Part shown: in pieces, positions 8,216-16,494 of the stretch
Layout: the number at the start of each line of letters is the position of its first letter
Numbering within the stretch: position 1 is the stretch's first letter
DNA from: an uncultured archaeon
Lineage (GTDB): Archaea > Asgardarchaeota > Thorarchaeia > Thorarchaeales > Thorarchaeaceae
NCBI GenBank assembly: GCA_964354495.1
Contig: CAYHAA010000003.1
Span: forward strand, 130,507 to 162,506
Length of the DNA stretch: 32,000 nt
Reading direction: 5' to 3'
Notes under the pieces: model-generated
Told to the model about the DNA's origin: nothing
Seen by the model: the letters and a program-made list of their open reading frames with translations, nothing else
Databases searched by the model: none
Made by a program: the position numbers and the translations under genes

Positions 8216-8925
8216 GATGGCTCGATTGGGAACCAGTCTATCTTGACATCGTCAATAGACTGAACCTAGACCCAGCCATGGATCAAGAGGCAACAAGACT
8301 TCTCACAGAGATGTTGATGAAAATCGAGCCAAGGCCACTGCTTTGTCAGCTACAGAGAATAATCCAAGGTAAGACAATTGTGATCTGCGGGGCAGGACCT
8401 TCACTTGAAACACACCTTCAATCTGTGATGAGTACTAGAGATGGCTCAAGTTTCGTCTATGTTGCGGCGGATGGGGCGGTGTCAGCTCTTCTGAATCTGG
8501 GCTGCGAATGCAGTATCATCACCACGGACCTCGATGGTAATCTGGATGATATAGAGGAGGCCACAGAGTGCGGGGCAGTGACAATTGTCCATGCCCATGG
8601 AGACAACATGGACAAGGTGAGGGAAGTAGTTCCGAAACTGGGAGCAGTGCTCGGAAGTACACAGGTGGAGCCAACTGAACGTGCCTTTCTGTGGGGCGGC
8701 TTTACTGATGGTGACCGAGCATGTCATGTTGTGGCAGACTATTCACCAGACAGAATCATTCTCGCAGGCATGGACTTTGGTGTCCTCGTGGGAAAGTGGT
8801 CCAAACCAATGCATGAAGATCACTTCCCAGCGAGCGAACGAAAGAGAGTCAAACTCAATATTGCCCAGCATCTGATATCATCAGTGATGGAGCGAACAGA
8901 TATACCCTTCACAGTACTCAAGTGA
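8212..8925 (+). CDS. mptE: Archaeal 6-hydroxymethyl-7,8-dihydropterin pyrophosphokinase (DUF115 family)
   Basis: AADGA, TTDLDG, VHAHGDN, GGFTDGDRA, GMDFG, KWSK; ATGA overlap with folP. Confidence 0.92.
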   Translation: MRWLDWEPVYLDIVNRLNLDPAMDQEATRLLTEMLMKIEPRPLLCQLQRIIQGKTIVICGAGPSLETHLQSVMSTRDGSSFVYVAADGAVSALLNLGCECSIITTDLDGNLDDIEEATECGAVTIVHAHGDNMDKVREVVPKLGAVLGSTQVEPTERAFLWGGFTDGDRACHVVADYSPDRIILAGMDFGVLVGKWSKPMHEDHFPASERKRVKLNIAQHLISSVMERTDIPFTVLK

Positions 8926-8956
8926 CATCTGAGATGGGCATGCGGACGCGTAACGC

Positions 8957-9379
8957 CTAGATCTGGCCTGTCTTGATACCCCATAGATAACTGAAGATAA
9001 GGAACGATACACCAGACATGATGATGCCTAGAATCATGAGCCTGGTAGCATAGCCTGGCTGAAAGACGTATTTGGATCCGTAGTAGATAAGACCGAGGCC
9101 CATCACACCAACAAAAATGACAACTGATGCAACGACTCCTTCCATACCGAGCTGTGCATCAAGACCTGGAGCCACGAGAATTGGCGTTCCATCGGAGCTC
9201 CCTGCAATTGCAGGTGGGGTTCTTACGAGCGTGTATACATTACCACCGAGGACAAACAAGATAGCAATGAACATGAGGCCAAATATGACTGTGTCCGGAG
9301 GCCTGCTCGGCATCCTGAACTTGGGCCTTGAAAGCCTCACTTTGGGTCGTAGAATAATCCTCGGCCACCAAGCTCGCAT
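8957..9379 (-). CDS. OST3/OST6-family membrane protein, DC2/OSTC-like (3 TM, no thioredoxin domain)
   Basis: GGNVYTLVRTPPAI, QLGMEG and GVMGLGLI align in order with recalled human DC2 segments GGIIYDVIVEPPSV, QYIMEG and GGLGFII; similar length and basic/Pro-rich N-terminus. Confidence 0.8.
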   Translation of the reverse strand: MRAWWPRIILRPKVRLSRPKFRMPSRPPDTVIFGLMFIAILFVLGGNVYTLVRTPPAIAGSSDGTPILVAPGLDAQLGMEGVVASVVIFVGVMGLGLIYYGSKYVFQPGYATRLMILGIIMSGVSFLIFSYLWGIKTGQI

Positions 9380-9538
9380 AGTCTTACCTCAGGGGTTCGA
9401 ATTTATGTCTGCTTTTAAGAGTATCGAGAAATCAATCACTGTACTAGCGAGGAAACTTCAGAATCTGCGGTGTGTATTTAAAACTCGGGAGTTCATTCTA
9501 AGAGAGGAAAGACAGAGAGGCGAAAGGCGCTGCCCCGA

Positions 9539-11653
9539 TTGATGGTACTTACCGAAAAACCAACAGCGGCAAAGAAGATTGCTACTGCTCTTGACGAGAA
9601 AAGATTACCTAGAGAGGTCAAGAGAGGAAAGACATCATACTATGAATGCAAGAGAGGAATTGATGAACTCATCGTTGTATATGCTCTGGGGCATCTCTTC
9701 GAGCTTCAGCAGGTTGAGAAGGGATGGACCTATCCCCGTATGGAGAGTAAATGGGTTCCAAAGTATGAAGCAGATAAGAAGGCAACCAATACCAGACCAA
9801 TCATAAGCCTGATACAAAGACTATCACGAGATGTTGATGGATTCATTGTTGCAACAGACTATGATATCGAGGGCAGTCTGATTGGATATCTCACGCTGAA
9901 ATACGCCTGCAAAGCGGACCCGATGAAGGCACATCGGATGCTGTTCTCTGCATTGACTGAAACGGATGTGGAGAAGGCCTATGATACCAAAGGCGCTCTA
10001 GATTTTCCGGTCATTGAGGCAGGTCATGTTCGCCATGAAGTCGATTGGCTATATGGTATCAATCTGACAAGAGCTCTGACCCTGTCTGTCAAGAAAGCAG
10101 CTGGCTGGTTCAAGGTGGTTTCAACAGGACGCGTTCAAGGGCCAACCCTTTCATTCATAGCTCAGAGGGAGAGAGAGATCAATCTCTTCATTCCAACGCC
10201 CTACTGGACGATTCATGTGATTGGTTCTCATAATGAAGATGAAATTGAGTTGGAGTACTCCAAGGGGCAGGTCTCATCAAAGCGGGATGCCAACAGAATC
10301 GTGAGTAAGCTGAGTGGACAGGATGCAATAGTGGGCTCAATAAACAAACGGACTGCTACGCAGCAACCACACCCACCATTCAGTCTAAGCTCGCTTCAGG
10401 CAGAAGCCTACAAGCATTTCGGTTTCAAGCCCAGCCGAACCCTCGCAATAGCGCAAGGGCTCTATCTTGATGCTCTAATATCCTATCCAAGAACAGACAG
10501 TGAGATGCTCCCTCCCACATTGGACATCAAGAACATACTTACTGGCCTGGGAGGTATCAAGGACTATACGTCAATGGTGGCGACTATTCTAAAGGGCAGA
10601 CTAATACCGATTCAAGGAAAGAAGACGGATCCAGCACATCCAGCAATACATCCTACGGGAGAGAAACCGACCAGACAGCTATCACCGAGCGATAAGAGAG
10701 TCTACGACCTCATCGTACGAAGATTCCTCTCGCTCTTTGGAGAGCCGATTGTCAAGAATCATCTGAGAGCTGATATTGAGTGCGGCAATCATTGTCTATA
10801 CGCAAGAGGGCTCCAGATTGTGAAAAAGGGATGGCTAGAGTTCTATGAGCCCTACTTCAAGCCCGATGAAAAAGCTCTTCCTGACATTGAGGTGGGTGAC
10901 ACTATCCATCTTGCATCCGTAGACTCGGAGGACAAATACACGGAGGGGCCTGCCCGGTTCAACCCGTCTAGCCTCTTGAAGCTACTAGAGAGAGAGAATC
11001 TTGGAACAAAGGCGACAAGATCGAGTATTGTAGATTCAGTGAAATCGAGAGGATACACCCAAGGAGACAGATTTGAACTCTCTACTCTCGGATATGCTGT
11101 TTTTGAGACTTTGAACCAGTATATCCCAGAGATGCTATCACCAGAGATGACAAGACGACTGGAGGTAGAGATGGAGCGCGTTCGGAGCGGTATCAAGGGT
11201 CGGGAGAGCGTCGTCACTGAAGCGAAGGCCGACCTTCTCAGAAATCTCAAGGAATTCAAGAGCAAAGAAGGCAAGATAGGTGAAACACTGGTCAAGGGGC
11301 TCCAGAGATATTGGAGGGACACCGAAGAACTTGGGCCGTGTCCAAAATGTGATGATGGTATCCTCAGGATTGTAAGGTCTCCAAAGACGGGAAAGAGATT
11401 CGTGGGATGCTCAAACTACAGGGAAGGCACATGCGATCAGACATTTCCACTTCCTCAGAAGGGAACCATTGCGCCTCTTGATGATGTCTGCCCGTATTGC
11501 AACCATAGAATGATAAAGGTGATTTCTGGGCGACGAACATGGACCACGTGTATTAACTGGTCGAAATGTCCAGGAAGACAAGAAGACCTCAAGGCTCTGG
11601 ATGAAAGAAGAGCCAAGAGGGATGGTGACGCTGTTGGAGGGCAGGAGTCATGA
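9539..11653 (+). CDS. topA: DNA topoisomerase type IA (archaeal TopA) with C-terminal Zn ribbons
   Basis: TEKP, ATDYDIEG (TOPRIM), STGRVQGPTL, catalytic SYPRTDS, GTKATR, CPKC/CPYC ribbons; TTTAAAA box at about 9477; start TTG 9539 or ATG 9542. Confidence 0.97.
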   Translation: MMVLTEKPTAAKKIATALDEKRLPREVKRGKTSYYECKRGIDELIVVYALGHLFELQQVEKGWTYPRMESKWVPKYEADKKATNTRPIISLIQRLSRDVDGFIVATDYDIEGSLIGYLTLKYACKADPMKAHRMLFSALTETDVEKAYDTKGALDFPVIEAGHVRHEVDWLYGINLTRALTLSVKKAAGWFKVVSTGRVQGPTLSFIAQREREINLFIPTPYWTIHVIGSHNEDEIELEYSKGQVSSKRDANRIVSKLSGQDAIVGSINKRTATQQPHPPFSLSSLQAEAYKHFGFKPSRTLAIAQGLYLDALISYPRTDSEMLPPTLDIKNILTGLGGIKDYTSMVATILKGRLIPIQGKKTDPAHPAIHPTGEKPTRQLSPSDKRVYDLIVRRFLSLFGEPIVKNHLRADIECGNHCLYARGLQIVKKGWLEFYEPYFKPDEKALPDIEVGDTIHLASVDSEDKYTEGPARFNPSSLLKLLERENLGTKATRSSIVDSVKSRGYTQGDRFELSTLGYAVFETLNQYIPEMLSPEMTRRLEVEMERVRSGIKGRESVVTEAKADLLRNLKEFKSKEGKIGETLVKGLQRYWRDTEELGPCPKCDDGILRIVRSPKTGKRFVGCSNYREGTCDQTFPLPQKGTIAPLDDVCPYCNHRMIKVISGRRTWTTCINWSKCPGRQEDLKALDERRAKRDGDAVGGQES

Positions 11654-11871
11654 AAGAGTGTCGAATCTGTGGTCGCAACAGTACTGAGGAGGACCTCTGT
11701 GAATATCATAGCGCCGCCTATGCTGGTCTCAAATCTGTCTTTGAGAAGTGGGCAGCGGTAGTGGAGGGACTGACCTGGGAGAAGTACGTTGATAGCGTCA
11801 GGGAGCTCGAGAACACTGGGCAGTGGGTCAGAGAAATAATCGACGATATCAGGTCACAAGATGATTCCTGA
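11650..11871 (+). CDS. Small Zn-finger protein (CxxC-x9-CxxH) coupled to topA
   Basis: MKECRICG...LCEYH; ATGA overlap with the topA stop; GGAGG at 11636-11640. Confidence 0.75.
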   Translation: MKECRICGRNSTEEDLCEYHSAAYAGLKSVFEKWAAVVEGLTWEKYVDSVRELENTGQWVREIIDDIRSQDDS

Positions 11872-12193
11872 GAAGAGACATTAGCTCGATTATCACTTCA
11901 CGATTCATCTGTGCAAGACCTATGACGACCAAGCAAGTCCGATTGGTCCAATATGCAACTCGCTCACTCACTGTTCGTACCAGAGCGTTGTCAACGCCCA
12001 TTGACAATAACCCCGCTGAAGTGGGTTCTGTACTTCCTTGTCCAGGCGGAATCGCTACTGCCGAGATACCCAGCCTAAAACGTTCTTTGTCTGATATCAG
12101 TATCAGAAGGCCATTCTCAAGATCTAGAATCCGAACTCTAATTGTGCCCATGCTGGTTTCTGATGAGAACTCGGATATGTCATCAAATTTCAT
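11849..12193 (-). CDS. Proteasome assembly chaperone PAC4 (PSMG4/Poc4)-like protein
   Basis: Pattern VRILDLENGLLILIS-RLGISAVAIP-PTSAGLL-VSERVAYWTNRTCLV parallels recalled human PSMG4 HVMRLTDSLFLWVG-HLRNLAVAM-PVSTSLL-LAQRLARKTNKQVFV; similar size. Confidence 0.6.
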   Translation of the reverse strand: MKFDDISEFSSETSMGTIRVRILDLENGLLILISDKERFRLGISAVAIPPGQGSTEPTSAGLLSMGVDNALVRTVSERVAYWTNRTCLVVIGLAQMNREVIIELMSLLRNHLVT

Positions 12194-12296
12194 GAGAGGT
12201 CACGGATTGTTCGGAGGGGCACTTGGTTAAATCAATACCGACACTTGAAGCAACATGGTTATCAATGCCAACGATTGATTGAGCCTTGGCACCTCC

Positions 12297-14234
12297 ATGA
12301 CTGACAATGCTTCCAGACACACAGAATACTTTCCATATCCCTTGCCTCGACAAGGACAGAGTGAGATGATGACTGAGATTGAAACAGCCGTGGGCACAGG
12401 GGTCAACATATGTGCTGAGGCACCAAATGGGTTTGGAAAGACATGCGTCACATTGAGCGCCATCCTTCCTTGGATCAAAGAAAATGCTGGAAAAGTGCTC
12501 TACTGTGCACGGACTCATAGACAACTGGATCGTGTCATGGAAGAGATGCTGGAGATTTCAAGGCATCAAGACGTATCAGGGGTCTCATTCCGTGGAAGAC
12601 GACACATGTGCCTGAATCAGTTCGTATTGGAAAATGCGGACATTGTTGCCCCTATAAGTGAGGTCTGTGGACAGCTGAAGGCCACTGGAAGATGTTCATA
12701 CTATGAGAAACTGAAGAAAGCTGGAGATCCGGACGAGCTCCTAGAGGACTTGTCGGGAAAGGTTCTGACAGCCCCTGAGATTGTCAAGCTTGCAGAGAGC
12801 AAGTCGATGTGCCCGTACGAAATGGCAAAACGCTTGGCGAAAGTCGTGGATGTAGTCGCACTCTCATACTTGTACGTGTTTGACCCCTGGATACTCGAGG
12901 TGTTCATTCCAGAACTTGGAACGCCGCCCTCAAAGATGGTTCTTGTTCAGGATGAGGCTCATAATGTCCCTGCGACTGCCTTGGACTCTGCAAGCGACTC
13001 CCTGACCGTACGAGTTGTGAGACAGGCAACACGCGAAGTGGGTGATGGTCCGTATAAGGACACCACCTCGTTTGAGTTCTGTCGCGCCCTCACAAGGAGA
13101 ATGCTTGAGCTCACTTCGGATATGAAGGAGAATGGAGAGAAGACGGTCGACCCTCAGGAGATTGTTGATTCGGTCACTACTATTGCGGGACTGGACTCGA
13201 CTGATAGAGTGCTCCATCATATGAAAGACCACGGACTTGAGATAAAGAAGAGCCTGCTGAAAGCGGGCAAGTTCCCTCGTTCCTCCATTCATAGGGTGGG
13301 CGACTTTCTTCTGGATTGGGTGAAGTGCGCTAAGAGAGAAGACTTTGTGTTTTTCTTGGCAAACATGATAGAGAGTGGCGAAGGCAAACGGGTGTCCCTT
13401 GATCGTGTTGCTTTGAATCCCACCTCTGTGACGTCTCCAATCTTGAGTATGGTTCACAGCTCGGTTGCTGTCTCTGGGACGCTCTCACCATTAGATGCCT
13501 ATGCCGAAATGCTCGGGCTCGGCTCTGATGTAGTCAAGGCCACATTCCAGAGTCCGTTTGCCATGAAGAACAGGCTTGGACTGGTGGTTCATGGGTTGGA
13601 TACGACCTTTCAGAATAGAAGTAGCTCGATGTATCAGAGGATTACGAGTCATTGCTTAGCTGTTGTGAGTGCTACCCCTGGCAACACAGGAATATTCACA
13701 GCGAGCTATTCCATCGCAAGATCTCTCATTGAAGCAGGTCTTGAAAAACGCCTGAAGAGAAAGCTCTTCATTGAAAGACCTGGAATGAAGGGAGCAGACA
13801 ATGACAGAATGATTGAGGATTTCAAGAGCCGTGGTGAGAGAGGTGGAGCTGTGCTTCTGGGCGTTCAGGGAGGGCGAAACTCTGAAGGTGGCGACTTCCC
13901 GGGACCAACCATGGAGAGTGTTGTAGTGGTAGGAGTACCATATGCCAAACTCACACCCAGGGTGGAGGCGCTCATCAACTATTACGATAAGGTCTTCAAT
14001 CAAAGAGGCAAAGACTATGCCTATGTGCTACCAGCAATGACAAGAGCTATTCAGGCAGCTGGTAGGCCAGTTCGAAGACTAGATGATAGAGGGGCGATTG
14101 TGCTGCTTGACCAGAGGTTTGCAACCCCCTATCTATCGAGATTCATTCCCTCATGGCTCAAGGAAACGCTCCAAGAGGTCCCCGACAATCCTGATGTGGT
14201 CGCACATCGGGTCGAGAGCTTCTTCATGGCCTAG
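12297..14234 (+). CDS. xpd: XPD/Rad3-family 5'-3' SF2 helicase with 4Fe-4S cluster (ORF track starts at 12279)
   Basis: Q motif RQGQ, APNGFGKT, four FeS cysteines (HMCLN, EVCG, GRCSY, MCPYE), DEAH, SGTL, QAAGRPVR. Confidence 0.93.
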   Translation: MTDNASRHTEYFPYPLPRQGQSEMMTEIETAVGTGVNICAEAPNGFGKTCVTLSAILPWIKENAGKVLYCARTHRQLDRVMEEMLEISRHQDVSGVSFRGRRHMCLNQFVLENADIVAPISEVCGQLKATGRCSYYEKLKKAGDPDELLEDLSGKVLTAPEIVKLAESKSMCPYEMAKRLAKVVDVVALSYLYVFDPWILEVFIPELGTPPSKMVLVQDEAHNVPATALDSASDSLTVRVVRQATREVGDGPYKDTTSFEFCRALTRRMLELTSDMKENGEKTVDPQEIVDSVTTIAGLDSTDRVLHHMKDHGLEIKKSLLKAGKFPRSSIHRVGDFLLDWVKCAKREDFVFFLANMIESGEGKRVSLDRVALNPTSVTSPILSMVHSSVAVSGTLSPLDAYAEMLGLGSDVVKATFQSPFAMKNRLGLVVHGLDTTFQNRSSSMYQRITSHCLAVVSATPGNTGIFTASYSIARSLIEAGLEKRLKRKLFIERPGMKGADNDRMIEDFKSRGERGGAVLLGVQGGRNSEGGDFPGPTMESVVVVGVPYAKLTPRVEALINYYDKVFNQRGKDYAYVLPAMTRAIQAAGRPVRRLDDRGAIVLLDQRFATPYLSRFIPSWLKETLQEVPDNPDVVAHRVESFFMA

Positions 14235-14235
14235 C

Positions 14236-14994
14236 TCAGGTGACTAGATCATCCAATGCCATCTCATCAAGGAGAATTGCTCGTGCCTCGTCTGATGTGA
14301 GAGCCCGTTTTCCTCTTGTCAGACGAGCTACGAATTGCTTGAGGGAACGAATATACCCAACCTTTGCCTCAAGTATCATGTCAGCGGATGTCATCGGTCT
14401 TCCATTTCTTCCTGCAATCAATATCGCAGAAGACTCGTCGGACCCTGCCCCACTGGAAACTGTCGTGTTCTTCTCGTTCACAAGCTCAATCGTGAGGTTC
14501 TGGTCCTTGCAGAGAATTGCTCGTAGAAGGAGAGCAGAATAGAGCTTTGATCCTGTCCCGACTCTGACTACACTGTGACACTGTGGAAACAGCATTTCAA
14601 TATAGGCTGCAAGACGTTGGGACTGTTCTGTGACATCTTTTGGAGTGACAAGCGAGTTCTGATATACTGCAACTCCATCAATGACCAATGCAATCCCAGA
14701 GGTCATACCTGGGTCTATGCCGATGACGGCCTTAGCAGGATTCTGAATTGCTCTTAGTTTTACCATAACAGCAATCCGGACAAAGTCCATGTCGAAACCA
14801 TCCTGAACAAGTACCCGCCCTTCATGGTTCTCAAAGCCACCCTCAGAATCAGCGATAATCACATGAGAATAGTTGCACCGACTGTCTGTGGGACTACAGA
14901 TGACATAATCAATACCGAGCTCATTGAGAAGCTGGACTGCCCGATAGAGAATCCGAGGGTTTTCGGTCGCAATCGCAGCTTCCCATCTTTTCAT
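14236..14994 (-). CDS. YqgF-like RNase H-fold protein with extra N- and C-terminal domains (252 aa from ATG 14994)
   Basis: IGIDPG..GIA, VRVGTG, VNEKNTT and SDESSAILIA match the YqgF/RuvX motif order. The ORF-track extension to 15129 overlaps radB and is rejected. Confidence 0.75.
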   Translation of the reverse strand: MKRWEAAIATENPRILYRAVQLLNELGIDYVICSPTDSRCNYSHVIIADSEGGFENHEGRVLVQDGFDMDFVRIAVMVKLRAIQNPAKAVIGIDPGMTSGIALVIDGVAVYQNSLVTPKDVTEQSQRLAAYIEMLFPQCHSVVRVGTGSKLYSALLLRAILCKDQNLTIELVNEKNTTVSSGAGSDESSAILIAGRNGRPMTSADMILEAKVGYIRSLKQFVARLTRGKRALTSDEARAILLDEMALDDLVT

Positions 14995-15058
14995 CGACTC
15001 AATCCTTCTAGATACTCTTATCACAATGAGATGATAACTATCATGTAGTGAGGTATTT

Positions 15059-15748
15059 TTGATTCTTCCGTCAGGGCTTTCACTCCTTGACCGCATCATG
15101 AATGGCGGTCTCAGTACTGGATTTTTCACTCATGTCTATGGTGAGGCAGCAGCAGGGAAAACAACGCTCGCTCTAAAATACGTTGGAGAGCTCTGCAGAC
15201 AGGAGTTGGGAACAATCTACGTCAACTCTGAGAATACATCACCTGTTGAGAGACTCGAACAGGTAACAGGAAAGACGTTCAAGAATCTCGAGCCTTTTTT
15301 CAAGATACTGGCACCGAGGGGATTCCTTGAACAGGGAGTACTATTGGAGGACCTGGAGCTCTATATCCGCGGGAATACCAAGTTGGTTGTTATCGACACT
15401 CTGACGAAACACTACCGTCTTGCGCTTGAGGACAAGAGAACCAACTACTCCAATCATCGTGAACTTAATCGACAGACAGGACTCCTGAAGGGACTAGCAC
15501 AGAATTATGATATCGCAGTCTTGGTCTTGAATCAGGTCACTGCATCCATGCATGGAATCAATGATTTCGAACCAGTGGCAGGTAACATCTTGGACTACTG
15601 GTCTGATTATGTGATTAAGATGAGAATTGGGCGAACTCAGGGAGGACGGATACTCCAAAGGCTTGTCCCAGACAATGAAAAGCTTGAGGGCGAACTCTTC
15701 CTGACAAATGAGGGCTTTTCGATGAAACCTACTCATGAGAAAGAGTGA
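15059..15748 (+). CDS. radB: RadB-like RecA/RadA paralog (ATPase core only), TTG start
   Basis: SG...LDRIMNGG, Walker A GEAAAGKT, Walker B VVIDT, VLNQV, PVAGNILDYWS; SD GTGAGGT upstream; the usual C-terminal KHR motif is not seen. Confidence 0.8.
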   Translation: MILPSGLSLLDRIMNGGLSTGFFTHVYGEAAAGKTTLALKYVGELCRQELGTIYVNSENTSPVERLEQVTGKTFKNLEPFFKILAPRGFLEQGVLLEDLELYIRGNTKLVVIDTLTKHYRLALEDKRTNYSNHRELNRQTGLLKGLAQNYDIAVLVLNQVTASMHGINDFEPVAGNILDYWSDYVIKMRIGRTQGGRILQRLVPDNEKLEGELFLTNEGFSMKPTHEKE

Positions 15749-15771
15749 AATCTGTATCGTGAAGAGCTGAT

Positions 15772-16347
15772 ATGGAGTGCTGCTTGATGTACGAAGAACT
15801 GGCTCTCTTTGAGCTAGCAGTCTGGTTAGGGTTACCCGCGTGGGTCGCTAATGCCACACCAGTTCTAGGGGGTGGTGGAAGGCCCATTGATGGAGAACGT
15901 CATCTTCGTGATGGACGCCGACTGCTCGGAAAGGGAAAGACCGTGCGAGGTTTCATTGTCGGACTGATTTTTGGAGCCCTGACCGGACTTGCACAATTCC
16001 TTGTGGCTCCATACCTTCGACCACTTCTGGCCATGTTTGTTACTATTACGCCGGATATGGACTATGTGCTCTCCATGCAGATACCAGTGGCGGTCCTAAT
16101 GTCCTTTGGTGCGCTGACAGGAGACCTCGTGGGATCATTTATCAAGAGGCGGGTCGGCGTTGAGAGCGGAGACCCGTCACCGGTCATGGACCAATTGGGG
16201 TTCATCATTATGGCCCTAATCTTTGCAGCGCTCATCTTTAGGCCAAGTCCAGTATTTGTTATGATTCTTATCATCACGACATTCTTCGTTCACTGGTTCA
16301 GTAACGCGTTGGGATATCTTCTTGGGCTGAAGAAGCATCCATGGTGA
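15772..16347 (+). CDS. carS: CDP-archaeol synthase (start may be ATG 15787)
   Basis: PAWVANATPV.GGG.PID, DGRRLLGKGKTVRG, GDLVGSFIKRR, PVMDQLGF; multi-TM. Confidence 0.95.
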   Translation: MECCLMYEELALFELAVWLGLPAWVANATPVLGGGGRPIDGERHLRDGRRLLGKGKTVRGFIVGLIFGALTGLAQFLVAPYLRPLLAMFVTITPDMDYVLSMQIPVAVLMSFGALTGDLVGSFIKRRVGVESGDPSPVMDQLGFIIMALIFAALIFRPSPVFVMILIITTFFVHWFSNALGYLLGLKKHPW

Positions 16348-16494
16348 GATTGTTGACCAGTGCTTTTGTCTAAGGATAAAGATAAAAGGTAACCAAAGAA
16401 TTATGATACGGACAACAGGCTCAGAGGGCAGACTGTAAATCTGCGTGACCTGTTATTCCTTTGAAACTTCTATAAAACCGGAGTCAGTACAGCA

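Noticed and set aside
9117-9542. 141-aa plus-strand ORF
   Set aside because: Antisense to the OSTC-like gene and runs through the divergent promoter.
14995-15129. N-terminal 45-aa extension of the RNase H-fold ORF
   Set aside because: Overlaps radB and the shared promoter; ATG 14994 is the plausible start.
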